Made by a program: the position numbers and the translations under genes. Under the pieces are notes generated by a model that was not told the DNA's origin, did not search any database, and was given only the letters and a program-made list of their open reading frames with translations. Positions 37,091-49,950 of a stretch of DNA of 64,000 nucleotides are shown piece by piece (positions within the stretch are counted from its first letter, which is position 1; every line of letters begins with the position of its first letter). Location of the stretch: assembly GCA_030704615.1 (NCBI GenBank), contig CM060733.1, forward strand, positions 23,808,001 through 23,872,000, given 5' to 3'. Source of the stretch: Takakia lepidozioides. Its lineage: Eukaryota; Plantae; Bryophyta.

Positions 37091-38112
37091 ACAAGCCGAG
37101 CCTCAACAGATGCCTTCCCACCACGTCCTGTTTTTGAAGGCTTCTTGATTGATGAATTTGCAACCTTCATGAGGGCACTTTTTGCGCTGAATCCTGCTGT
37201 GTGCCAATACGATACCAGCCTGTCCCAATGAGCTTCCTTCAGATGCGCAGGCCTCCCCTCGCCTGCCTTGTACACTGCATGGATCTCGTGTCTTTGGGTT
37301 TTCAAGGCAATGCCAAGTGTCTTCCTCATGTGCTCATAGTCAAGACCACGTGGCGTGTACGCAAATGTAGAGTTTAGAATCCTGTATATTTCTTCAATGA
37401 CAGATTCATCCTGCGCTGCAATATGCATTGACATATCACACAAACGCCACATCTGGCCTTTGAGGGCTGCATGCCAGGTATTGCGTGCTGGTCCAATGGG
37501 CTCTCCAGCTTTGTCAACCGGAAGCACTTGAGGGGGGAGTCCATCTTCGTCTCGCGCATAATGGTTTCGGATTGCCTCTGCCCTGGCATGCCTGTTCACC
37601 CGCCTCAAAGCATTAGCTCGCTCCTTCTTGGTCATAGGGATCTCTTCCTTTGCCTCCTCAGGTGGTGGGGCAGCTGGGGGTTGCCATGGGGAATGGGGGG
37701 CGGGACGGTATCGCCCACCGTATGGCCCAAAAGGTTCGTATGGTGGACGTGTAGATGTCGGGTAAGCATGTGGGTCTGGGAGGTAAGGGGGAATAGGTGG
37801 AGGAGAATGGGCATATGGCTGCTGTGGGTAACCACCTGGAGGGGGCTTGTATTGGATGTGCGGGTTGTAAGGGCCCGCAGCGCCATACTGATTGGGGGTG
37901 GGGTAGGCATGTGGGTAATGTGTGTACGGAGGGTACTGTGGAATAGGTCGTGGAGGTGGTCGTGCTGCGCCTGGGGACTTGTTTGTAGCAGGGTTGACTT
38001 GTTTGAACAACCCCCGCCCGATGGACTGCCCACCACAGCTGCAGCGCCTTCGATGGAAGCTCGTTGACCAGCGAGCGGATGGTGAGATCCACGTGATCAT
38101 TCTTTCTCCCAT
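37091..38112 (-). CDS. CACTA TnpA/Ptta-like accessory protein exon with Pro/Tyr-rich N-terminus
   Basis: RPAHLKEAHWDRLVSYW...KTGRGG resembles the plant En/Spm Ptta family; ends at a GTAAG donor. Confidence 0.6.
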
Positions 38113-38235
38113 TTTTTGTCGATTATTTTGTTCTAGGCATTTTCCCTACCAACGGCATGATGTTCTCATGTTGTTCATGGACTTGCGTGGACCTGGCAGG
38201 AGGGGACCTCTGGGTATTCAGCAATTGCTCGCAAA

Positions 38236-39447
38236 GTGGAGGATATGGAAAGAGCACAGGGTGCACAACACAAAGATATGATGGATTTGAATGCTACAAT
38301 ATCGCATGTGATGATGTACCAGAAGGCCATGGCTGAGAAATTTGGGATCAGCATTTCCTCACCTGCCTTAGTGGGCTCATCCATAGCAAACAGCTCGTGC
38401 ATCGCTGGCCCTTCAGCCTCGAGACGTCTGGAGGACAGGTTTGACTTGCCTGGCATGTCACCAGGTAACGTCACTCCCGTTGATGCATTCGAGGATGATG
38501 TGCAGGTGGAGCATGTTGGCCCAGGTGGAGGGGACGACACCCCTACCAAGGAACTTACGCGTCCTCGTGCAGTTCTGTCACACTGTGTGGTAGTGGAGGC
38601 GCATGCAGAACTCCGGCCTGCTGCTGTCGCGGTGGGGGCATCTGAGACAACCCTGGACATTGACCTTGTTTCCCCGCAGGCAGACATTACCCAACAACCC
38701 ACGGTTGTCACTTCCACTCCCAACCTTCAATTAATGTCGGAGAATGTCGTGCACACAACAGTGGAGAAGGGCAAGCATTTGCTCATCCTAGATATTAATG
38801 GATTGCTGTGTGAGTGCGTCCATGTCGGGAGCGGTAATGCGTTTGTGGTTCCAAATGGCCTTGAGCACAAATTATGTGGTAGCAAGATGGTCGTTGTAAG
38901 GCCTGGTTGCAAAGCTTTTTTGGACAAGTGTTTCGAACACTTTGAAGTGGCAGCATGGTCTTGTATGCAACCACGTAACTTCCTACCCACAGTGGACTGG
39001 CTTTTCCATGGGCACCGTGACCTTGCATTCAAGTGGGATGGGGGATATTGTGAGCAGTCCACTGACATGGATGGGAGCCTGCCCATGAAACCACGGTTTC
39101 TGAAGAACCTATCTACAATGTGGCGGGACAACTGTGTCTGGAATCTTGAAACCACTCTTCTTGTTGACGACACACCGCACAAGGGGTCGAAAAATCCAGC
39201 ATACAGCGCAATTTTCCCACTGCCTTGGAGAAGTCGTTCTGTAGAGGCGCACAATGATAATTTTCTTTTGACCAGCTTATGGCCCTTCTTGGAGGGGGCA
39301 GCTAAGGCTCCGAGCATTCCAGAATATCTCAAAGGGCAACCCACATTTGGGCAACAAGCTATCAGCCCTCGAGCCATTCAGCCTCGCCAGGTAACAGACT
39401 TTGTAGTGTGGTACACAGTGCCAGACATTAGAGGCATTTTTGTGTGA
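38236..39447 (+). CDS. ORF with an FCP1/NIF-like HAD phosphatase domain, inside the CACTA
   Basis: KHLLILDINGLL, VRPGCKAFL..CFEHFEVAAWS, FLKNL..MW, TLLVDDTPHK...NP. Confidence 0.75.
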   Translation: MEDMERAQGAQHKDMMDLNATISHVMMYQKAMAEKFGISISSPALVGSSIANSSCIAGPSASRRLEDRFDLPGMSPGNVTPVDAFEDDVQVEHVGPGGGDDTPTKELTRPRAVLSHCVVVEAHAELRPAAVAVGASETTLDIDLVSPQADITQQPTVVTSTPNLQLMSENVVHTTVEKGKHLLILDINGLLCECVHVGSGNAFVVPNGLEHKLCGSKMVVVRPGCKAFLDKCFEHFEVAAWSCMQPRNFLPTVDWLFHGHRDLAFKWDGGYCEQSTDMDGSLPMKPRFLKNLSTMWRDNCVWNLETTLLVDDTPHKGSKNPAYSAIFPLPWRSRSVEAHNDNFLLTSLWPFLEGAAKAPSIPEYLKGQPTFGQQAISPRAIQPRQVTDFVVWYTVPDIRGIFV

Positions 39448-39874
39448 CTCCCTTGTGCCATTGCCAGCCTCATTTGTGCTTAAGTTGTGGCAGTAAAACA
39501 TGTTGTGATAGAGTTTGTCAAATTTCTGTCGCAGTGCCAACTGTAGGCATTGACAGTTTGGGTGCATCTTATTGTGTTAGTGTAATTTGAGTTCCCAGTG
39601 TAGATAATATACATTTTTGGTGCTTGTTGGTTGGTTGTAGGTGCTTGGCCACGAACGAGGCCCCCCAAATCAAAGGGCAGCACACCTTCACCCTTTGAGG
39701 AAGCCGACACCACTGATCCCTGATTCGCAGAATGGGGTAAGTGTATGCATCTGCTATTCTCCCCTTCCCGACCTGGATAGACAAATTGTTATTAGCTCAT
39801 TGTAGACCTTGTAGACACAATACATTCCATGATCCGTGTTCCACAATTCTCATGCAATTTGCTATGTTTGGGGT

Positions 39875-40166
39875 GGGATGGCAGTTCGTGGTGGGAGACC
39901 ATGTCAAGCTCATAGACACTGTTTCGCAATCAACAGCCGGATCTGGCCGCATTGCTGGTCTCCAAGGGATGGAGGTGAGTGAAGGGTACCCTGTCGTGCC
40001 AGAAGGCTATGTGGCCATCCACATTGATGATGTCCGCATTCCCAATGCCCCTCTACCATATCACAACAAATCCATGAAGCCTCATCACACTGAGTTGGGA
40101 GACACTGTAGGTTACATTACTGTGTGGAGTGACAAACTAGTGAAGACCTTGCAGACAAAGAGATGA
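39875..40166 (+). CDS. CACTA Tnp1/En-Spm-like C-terminal domain exon
   Basis: G.I...VPEGYVAIHIDDV...APLPY...LGDTVGYITVW pattern typical of En/Spm accessory proteins. Confidence 0.55.
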
Positions 40167-43100
40167 GGCAGGTCGGCTAGCATCGTGGATTTCTTGGGGA
40201 TTTCCACCTATGCCTCATCCGGATTTGGCAGCTACGGTAACTTATAGTAGTGACAGTTTCTCTGAATTGACTGTCCAATTTTGATAGCAATCACATGTTG
40301 GATTTCCTCATACATGTTGTTGCAAACTTATGCCTCATTAATGAGCAATGTGGTGGTAGGTGGTATGTCCCCATTGCACACACTATGGTTGGTTATGTTG
40401 CTGCTGTTCGAATGTGGTTGATAATGGTGATGCTGGATGGTGATGTTGCTGCTATTTGTGGTCTTTCAGAATTACGTCTGTGCCACTTCTGTGCCTAAAA
40501 CCTTGCTATATACATGATTGTGATGTTGTATGGCATATGCACGTGGCACCCTATTGGCTGCCTCTGTGGCATATCCACGTGTCCGTCCAGAGTCATAACC
40601 ATGAGTACCAAACCCAATATGATACGTGTATGAGCATATTACATTCCGACACGTGACCCCCTAAGGTCCCCGCACAGTTGGTCCTATGACTCCATATGTA
40701 GAACGTCCAGTCAAATGTATGTCTACGAAGGAGCACGTGAGGTTTAGAGGATCGTGCACGTGGCACCACCTGGGACTACAACGTCCTCATGGAATCCCCT
40801 GTTCATGGAATATACCGTACTGCGCAAGTCATAGGTATGACTGGCAAGAATCCACCGCAGCTCCCGAAAGTCCAGCACGTGGGCACACACGAATGTGGCA
40901 CATGGTATCCCCAGATGCTGCCACGTGTTGACCCCAAATTTCCCCCCATCAAGACATACATGTGACTGCAAAGCCCCGTCCCCCACAGTGACACGTGGCA
41001 ATGATATGTCGCACCACGCGTTTCTTCTATGACACGACACGTGCTGTCGTTTAATTCCCTCGTCCGCTGTCATAGCTGGCAGTCAGGGCTGGCGTCGCAG
41101 TTTGACACGTGGCATGTTCTGTAGCCACCAAGTGTCTGTCTGACACCGCGGCTGACATGGACTACAGTGTCCGTTCAGTCATTCAGTAATGCCAGCGTGT
41201 ATGACTACCCCCACAGCTGCTCTGGCGCCACGTGACAGCCAGCCTGGAGAGTCATATTTGCCATGTCACAACTGACTAGGTCTTTACGTCTGCAGAGTCA
41301 GGAAGTCGTAAATGGCTTCCATGACTGCATTTGCAGTCATAACACAGAGACGTAAAAGCCGCAATTTGTTGTAGTGGTAAGATCAAAAACTAGCTCGGAA
41401 TGCACCAAGTCTGTCAAGGAAACAGGTTCATCCCGCACTTCAGTATTAAAACCTTGTGGAAGAAGGAGAGCACGTCGCCCACGTAAAATCTGATAGATCA
41501 AGTATGGACCGTCGATCTTGAGCTTAGATTTGCATGCATGGTTGCCATGCTGTAATCGAACGCACACGGTCTGTCCCACCTGAAACAGATTAGAATACTT
41601 GACGCGCTTGTTAAAATTACGGGTCTGGGTTAGTGTAGCCTTACCAATATTCGTCTTGGCATTATGGATAAACACCGCATGTCGAGCATGAAGATCCTCA
41701 ACAAAGGTCTCAAGATCAACCGGATCAGCAACAGTAGAGATAAGAGGGGTAGAATGCAAAGGAGAAACACACTTGCGACCATACAACAACTCAAAAATAG
41801 TCTTCTTGGTGCTAGCATGCACGGCGGTGCGATAAGCAAAGAGAATAGGGGGAAGAAATGTATCCCATTCCTTGGTAAGTGCGCCATTCTTCTCCAACAT
41901 TCGGCAAGGGACCTAGGAAAGAGAAGGGCTGAAACACAACAAGGAACTTCCACCAGACCATCCGCATTCTTGCGAAGCGATAGATCCACCACACATACTA
42001 AACACATGAATAAATCAACCAGGCTCATCTAATAGGCTAGACCAGCCCCAAGCAGCCAATATGCCATGTGAATCTAGGGGCAAGGGTTGTTGATCTACAC
42101 AAAGAAGGTTGAGAAGAGGGGCAGGATCAGGAGGAGGGGCAGCATCAGCAGTAACAAGGTCATCCAAGGTGAGCATAGGCCTGCTGACAGGAGGATCAAC
42201 CCGTGTGAGTGCATCAACATTCGTGTTTTCCTTGCCCTTCTTGTAGACTATATCCATGTCAAATTCCTGCAGGTACATAGCCCAGCTAACAAGTCTGCCA
42301 TGAAGTTCCATTGGCTTAACAAGAGCCTTTAGTGGAAGATGATTAGTCTCTACCACAAACCGGCTGCCATGTAAATATTGCTTGAAATGCTTCACACCAA
42401 AAACCAAGGCTAGACCCTCCTTATCAGATATGGAATAATTCCTTTCATGACGATCTAGACGACGAGATACATAAGCTATTACATGCTCCTTGCCTTCTAC
42501 AACTTGACATAAGATTGCAGAGAGCGGCAACATCTGATGCATCCATCTGAAGCAAAAAATGTAACTCAAAGTTGGGAAACATCAGAATGGGAGCTCAACA
42601 CAAAGCCTTGCAAAGGGTATCAAAAGCAGCCTCCTGGGAGAACATTCAAACCTGGCATCTTTGCACAACACCTTGATTAGAGGGTGAGCAAGCTTGACAA
42701 AGTTCTTTATGAAGCGCCTATAATAAGAAGCCAGACCAAGGAAAGATTTGATACAATGTTTATCCCTGGGGATAGGAAAGCCCCAAACAGACTCAAGCTT
42801 GGCAGGATCAGGAAGCAAACCATCTTTGGACAGAACATGACCAAGGAAGTGCAGCTCAGGCATGAACAACTCACACTTCTTGGGCTTCACTTTGAGACCT
42901 GCAGTGCGCAATTTGCTGAAAACACGCTGCAGATCAGCTAAGTGAGCATCAAAACTGGCTGAGTAAACATTGATATCATCGACATAAATCAAAGCACACT
43001 CCCAACGAAGATTGCCCAAGACAATGTCCATGAGGCGTTGGAATGTAGAGGTGACATTGCACAAACCAAAAGGCATGGTCTCATATTGGTATTTGCCCAT

Positions 43101-46100
43101 GCGACACACAAATGAGGTCTTTTCCTTGGCAGCTTCAGTAAGAAGAACTTGCCAAAAACCAGACGCAAGATCAAGAGAGGAAAAAATTGTAGCACCATGC
43201 AATTGATCCAAGGTCTCATTGATCCTGGGTAGTGGGTATGCATCATTTTTGGTGATGTCATTCAGCTTTCTGAAGTCAACACAGAAACGGGTGGTGCCAT
43301 CTTTCTTACCAACCAAGACAAATGGACTAGCCCAAGGAGAAAGTGAAGGTTTAATCACGCCAGCATCAAGCATTTTCTGGACTTCTTCTTGGATTACAGC
43401 ACGTTCCTTGACACTCTCTCGGTAAACAAATTGTTTAATACCAGGGCCTGGACTCTGGACAAATTGGCTGCTAAGCTGATGGTGGCACCAGCTCCAGTCA
43501 TCCAGTCAAGGCCTAGAAGGAATTGATCTCCAATGGTGACTATGCAGGTCACCACAACCTTTTTTTTATGAATTTTGATGGGAACAGTGACTAGTCCTAA
43601 GGGCTCATACCTGGATCCATCTGCAATAAGCACCTCAATACCTGTGGTACGGCATAGTTTAAGACCAAGAACTCTCACAACACTTAAAGGTATAACAGAT
43701 ATAGTGCATCCAGTATCAACCACACAATGAAAGCTAAGAAGCACTCAGTGTTAAAACTTGAAACTTGGCATGATGTTGCATTGATTTGCTGTCAGCCAAG
43801 TCTGCCATTTTAAGATTAATTTCTGCTAACATAGTCTTGTCATTGACAAAATGACATCGCTAAGCCCAATTCTGAATAGTGGAAGGCAACCCAAGGAGAA
43901 AATACCTTTTAACCATACGATCCCTCGCTGTCGGGTCTATGATATTTTCAACAGCAGCAAATTTAGGATCAATGTAATACTTCCACAAGGATTCCCCAGG
44001 TTGGTAAGTCCTGGCCGAAAACTTGGTAAAGCAATCCAGAGGCCTCTCATGAGGTTTGAACAACGTCTTTGCCCATTCCACTAGAGTTGCCCAGTTGAGG
44101 CTGAGATCATCCATGCATGACAGCTGCATGCAGTAAGTCACGAGCTGGTCCCTTCATGCTCATCCTAAAGATCGCCATCTTAAAATTCTCAGGCACTCCA
44201 TTGACACTAGCAATGACTTCAAACATCTAAAGATATCTATCAAAGTCTTCTCCCATGGTATATTCTGGGTAAGGTTGAGTGGTCAGCTGGGGGATCAGAT
44301 GACAAGGCAGGCTATGGTTGATGTGACCAGGGAGGACAGACCCATGAGCAGGGCAACAGGGAATTATGGGAGCAACACTACCATGCACATATCCAACATT
44401 AGATGCAGAATTATAACTCATACTATTATTGCTGGCTGATCTTGTAGCAGCTGAAGCTGACAGACGTGACGCCACCATGCCCATGGGGAGAGCAGGTGTT
44501 TGCCACACTTGGCTGAGCAGCAGGGTTAGTCGACTGCAAGTGGGTTTGTGGCATTCCACTCATGAGAAGAGTGGATGCCACTCCCACCGGTTGTGTTGAC
44601 ACAAATCTTATATTGTTAGGATGGATATTGCTAGCATGCATACCCATGGACTGGCTAGAGACAAGGTGTGGTGGCACCCCAGCCTGTGGAGCAGGGAGAG
44701 CCCCCACTGATTGGCCCGCGATGGCAGGAGTCGGAGCAGCAGACACACTAGAGGGCCCTTGCATCATGACAATCCCACCTTGAACAACACCATGCACGTT
44801 CAACACAGGAAGAATGCCCACATGCATATCTGAATTTACAGGCAACAAATTCCCTCCCCCGAGAGCGAGACTAGGGAAATTCACAACAGGCAGCACACTA
44901 GGGACTCAAGTTAGCAACCTGGGCCGGCATATTGCTCGTTGTAGCCCAGATATCCGAACCAGACCCTTCGACCCCTTGAACATGAATATGATGGGAGGGC
45001 AGACCGCTTAATTCCCGAGCCAGCATAGGATTGGTCCGTCTAGCCACCAAGGCCTCATCACGCCGATCATAAACAAAAAGGCCCTCAAGGGTGGCTATCC
45101 CATACCCCTCATCAGCCAATGTAATACCAGTTGGGGACTCTACAACTGCTCCCATCGTCCCAGCATTCAAAAATCCATCATCATTCACCATGAAATTACC
45201 TGCGTGCAGGTTGTCCAATCCCTCATTCACTTTTACTACATTTTCGACCAACAACTCTCCTGAATTATTCATGGACCTCTGTCTTCCGGATCTCAACCAA
45301 GTAGTTCTAGAATCACCTAGCATACAAGAAACGAGGTTGGATTGGAGGCATAACCTTTAAGCAGCAGGGATATGGAGCGTGGGCCGATCACTTGGTGAGC
45401 TGTCTTCTGGAACCCAAATGGAACAATACACCACCCTCGGCACCTTGTGTGACTGTAACTCGTAGATCCCCAATGCCAGCCACTCCCAACCGTCAGCTCC
45501 TTTGAGCCAAAAACCAACGCGGGTGGTGTCACCCTCTCTCCAGGTGCGCGAAAGCACGGTCGAGTTGGAACAGTCACTCAATCTCTCAAATGCACTCAGC
45601 GAACCACTCATTGTGAAGCAAAGGTAGTACCCACACCCAAGACCACTAGATCAGACGACTGCCTTATCAAGGCCCCACCCTTCACACCATCAATTAACTG
45701 TGAATAAGTAGGTGCCAAGGCGCAGGGCCGGAGGTGAAACCGCAGTGCCCTCAAGACCAAAGCCCCCGTGCCTTGTAACATTCAACTTCGCCCTACCACA
45801 CCAGGGCCATGATGAAGCTCCGCACTTCGAACACCAGAAAGAGGTAAATACAAGCCAACTTCTAACCAGGTCAATTCGCGATGGTGCAGAAAACGCGACT
45901 TGATCGTCCTGGACGGTAGACGCTCTTCGTTGCGTAGCTCAAATTTGCATTTAGCAAGCTGTCTGGCTCTGGATACCACCGCACCAGGCTCAAGCAAAGG
46001 TCGCGTGAACAAGGTGTCAAGTTAAATAAACACAGTGTGAAACTAACTAGAATAAAACTAGTTATTTGTATTTAACATTTGGATTTAGTTCAAGTGTTAA

Positions 46101-47257
46101 GTCAGGTATCAAGTTTGAGCTTGGATCTCTTGTGTGAACAGTGTGTCCTTAGCTTTCTTATCACTCGAGAGAGATGACTCTATCTAGTTTTCGTGCTAAG
46201 CTAGATATGATGTTTTGTTTTTAAGCACTATTATAATATAGCTTGGTCACAGGGAGCCTGCAGTCAGACTGGCTATGTGTGCCGAGTGGAGCAGTACAGG
46301 AAGGCGGAAACCATTTGAAGTGTTGCTGCAACAGTTCAAAGCCAACAATAATCAGCCTGGGAGACAAGGAGGCCTGCCGTGCTGCAGCGCGAGAAAGACC
46401 ATTGGTCGGAATCCCCCGTTTGGGCTGGCTGGGCTTGATTTATATTGGCGACTTGGAGGCGCTCCAGAGTTTCGTTGGCAGTGGGTGCTGAGCCGTTCAG
46501 GCTATTCGTGTGTGGCTTGAACCTCACCAGCCTGCCTAGCACCTGTGTGAGGGGGCTTGTTACACCACTGCGTGTATATGCTGGGATTCTTGCAGGGCCT
46601 GGCTTGTACACGTTCATGATTTCGAACTCATCCCGTGGTCTGCCAATACTACCGTCTAGCTCTCGGTTCGATCATATTCCGTCGGAAGACATTGACCGTG
46701 ATGACACTTACAATCATAGTCAGGAAAGCATCCGTTGGGAGGATAACCGCGGGGTGTAAGTGGATCTCTCAGCCTTTGCGAAGGTAAACTGCGTTGCATG
46801 GTTGGTCGCTGATGCAAATCTGGCTTCAGACTGCTGCTTCCGTTGGGATTGAGGCTCCTGGACTCTAACCAGAGGAGCCTCAACGGGAAACGGATCAGGA
46901 AAGTGCAAAGGTAGTAGAGTCGTCGTTTTAACTTCCTGGGGTTGTGCATGTCCCTTGTGGAGACGCTGGCAGAATTGAAACTTAACACACAAGCTAGGTT
47001 CAAGCGGGTACATGCCTGTGAGCAGTGCTGCGGGGCCCTTATGCCGAGTTATTCACGCTGGTGGTGTTTCTACTAGTAGGGAGTTATTCTAGCTAACTTC
47101 GAGCTATATTGCCTCAGTCCCGTCATGCTCATTATGTCTATCATAGTGCACCGTGGCCTTACGTTGTCACAGGAAGACAAATCTAGCTGTGAACCCTGGA
47201 CCTCGCAAAGTTCTCACACCCTACCAGGAGTGGAACAAAGAAAGTGCTCGAGAGATC

Positions 47258-47443
47258 CCCATTGAGAAATTGAAGGTTATCGGTTCCTTGGACAACTGGG
47301 CGCAAGAGAATTTGCTACCCCTTTTGAAGCCCGTAGACAAGTGCTGGCAAACCCAAGACTTCCTTCCTGAAGCTTCATCGGAAAGTCTCTTTGATGAGGT
47401 AACGGAGCTCCGAGCCTGGGCCAGGGAATTGCCTGATGACTAT
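47258..47443 (+). pseudogene. Captured fragment of a stearoyl/acyl-ACP desaturase
   Basis: EKLKVIGSLDNWAQENLLPLLKPVDKCWQTQDFLP...LRAWARELPDDY matches the conserved N-terminal part of plant acyl-ACP desaturases. Confidence 0.85.
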
Positions 47444-49950
47444 GTGATGTGGCGTTACAGAGAAGCCAGATACTGGGCCCACTTTGGTACCTTTGGGTAA
47501 TTGATAAGGTGATAGGAGCTGACCTTCTCGCCATCAGGTCTTGTAGCAGGGAAGAAGGGCTGATGGAACTCGTCATGCTCTAATTGGCCAATGCTCCAAG
47601 TGTGTGGAAATCAGACCAGTTGCAGATCACACAGATTACTCAACTGCACGATTTTTGGAGGAACAAATGACCTACAGATACGGCACACAAAAGGTCACAT
47701 CAACAGATCAAGGCTGAGAGTGGATTAAGTGTGAGTTTCGGAGATATATGAGCGATTCAGTAGGAAACAAGAGCAGTCGGCCCCATACTGGTCACAGAGC
47801 AACGGACGGATTGGATGCGTGATCAATCATTGAAATCAAGCATCAAAGTAATCAGTGGAAGAAAGGGTGGAGAGTGTAACAGAGACCTCAAGACATGGTC
47901 TGCCAATCGGGTTGAAGTGCAGGCTGCCACCAATCTCCCTCCATGCGAGCTGGAACTTACAGGAAACGACCTGAGAGTCAGCAGTGATAGTACATGGGAC
48001 GGATGACTGAACAAATGCAGCTGAGGGATGACGAAGCGGCAACGCGGTCCATCATGGAGGAGAAGCCGATTGGAGTTTAACAAATCGAGCTGCTCCATGG
48101 TAATGGCGAGGCGACCCCAAAACAACATAGAACTACCTGTTCGGAACCCGTAGATAACCTGGGAACAATTTTTAATGGTGAGAACGTTTTGGTGTTAAAA
48201 AAAAAAAAAAACCTTTTTGATCTAATTTAAATGTTTAAAGAGCCTGGTTGGTCATATCTTTGTCAAATGGGCTCTGTTTGACTCAGTTTTTGAGGGGATA
48301 GCTGCAGAAAGGGGAAATCTACCTATCTCGGTTTTAGTTTTTGGGACTCTGCTAAAAATCTATGGAATTTTTAGAGTGTGAGTGTGCCGTGAAAGACCCA
48401 CAATTCTGTTTCTAGAACCTGTTCTGGTCTATATGAGAGACAAATCTGTGGATGTCCTCTTTGTATGGCTGGGGGAAATGAGGATGTAATTGAAGGGCAG
48501 GTCTCTTCTCTTAGCCTGTGCACACAAGGGGACAAGATTTATGTTTCCTAAGGAACTCAGACTGATTTGAGTGGAGAACAGTTGGACGAGTTGATTGCAT
48601 ACTGGGAGTCAGGCATTAGCAGTAGACAACAAACTACTGTAGTTGGCGTTGAGGGCCTCAATATCACTTTGGACAGTCAGAACTATGTTGGAGCCAGCAG
48701 TTCTGCAGCTGTAGGTGAAATACCAAAGTGGGTGAAAGCTAGGCTTGGAACACAGCCAAAGACAGCCCCGGGTACCAAGGTGTTCAACCACAAGGTCGTG
48801 GTGTATTGGAGCAGAGGAGCAGGAGCTACACAAGTTTGTGCAATCAGACATGGTTGCAGCCGGACACGCTCTGCACAAGGCAATCACGAGCGGGGGTTCA
48901 TTAGCAATGACAAATTTGTTTTGCTTGAAGGAGATGCAGTCATCCGCAATGAGGACACCCGCAATCGTCTCAAAGCTTTCGAGTTGAGAGACTATCAGAC
49001 CCTACCTTTGTTTTCTTTAGTGTTCAGTGAGCGGGAGATAAGGGAGTATTGCTTTGTCTCTACCTGGCAGAAAGAGGAGGAGGGTTGGTTAGAGCGAGCT
49101 ACTGTAGCTTGGGACAAGGTTAGTGGCAGGTTTTTGGACATAGATATACCTCCTACACCTTACTATCATGCAGAGCGAGGCACTTTGAGAGAAGTCTGGC
49201 AGTTGATAGCATAGATCAGGATTAGATCTTGCTGGGTCGGGCTTCTATTCTTCCCCTCCATCTCTGTACTATTTTCATTACCTTGTACTTGTAGTTGCCA
49301 AAGCCTCTCTTGGTGGAGGCCAGTCAGTCCGGGGTTTTGGGCTAGGATATTCTGCAGGATCAGCATTGTAGCTGGATTTTGGTGTGGGGGTGTTGATGTT
49401 TTGATTTCTTGTGTTTGGATCCCCCCCAACACCTGCATGCTTGACTGTGCGCCATGTTGGTTTTGTGTGGGCGCTTGCTTTCATAGGGATTAGGCCGGAT
49501 TTGATCACCGGTCAATCCTAGAGTATGCTGTCGGTGGTGAGGCTGGAGTGATGACCAGCAAGAGCACCGGTGTTTCTTCTATGGTGAGACTGGGTTGATG
49601 ACCAGCCAACCATAGGAGTTCTTGCGGTGGATGCAGGTGCAGGTGCCCTGAGCCATTGGGATATGACCCTTAAACTGCAACAGGTGCCCACCCGTGTCAC
49701 TATTAGAATTAGTACTAGAGCCTTATAGTGTCACGTGGAGGAGGTGCACATTGTGAGTGCCATCACGGAGTTACCCAGGGGTTCTGAGGGGAGTACGGCT
49801 ACAGGCAGTAGCAGTGAGAGTGGGTTCACCAGACGAGGTGTTCGTTTCAGACCACCTTCACCTCCACCCTCAACTAGTGCAGAGTCAGACACAGACTTGG
49901 AGGCTTCATCAACAGGTGTGCAGTTTCATTCGCCATTGTTGTGGGACGAC

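Larger units (their letters stand above)
23510..41376. mobile_element. Large degenerate CACTA (En/Spm) transposon; right terminus intact, left terminus not seen
   Basis: Terminal TTTGTTGTAGTG ending at 41376 (reverse complement CACTACAACAAA). Subterminal CACGTG/ATGACT-rich repeats at 40500-41340. TnpD- and TnpA-like genes inside. Left boundary is approximate. Confidence 0.7.

Noticed and set aside
37471-39377. Long antisense ORFs (e.g. 37471-38067, 38727-39377; also 32445-33149, 50643-51182)
   Set aside because: These are shadows of real coding frames on the opposite strand.
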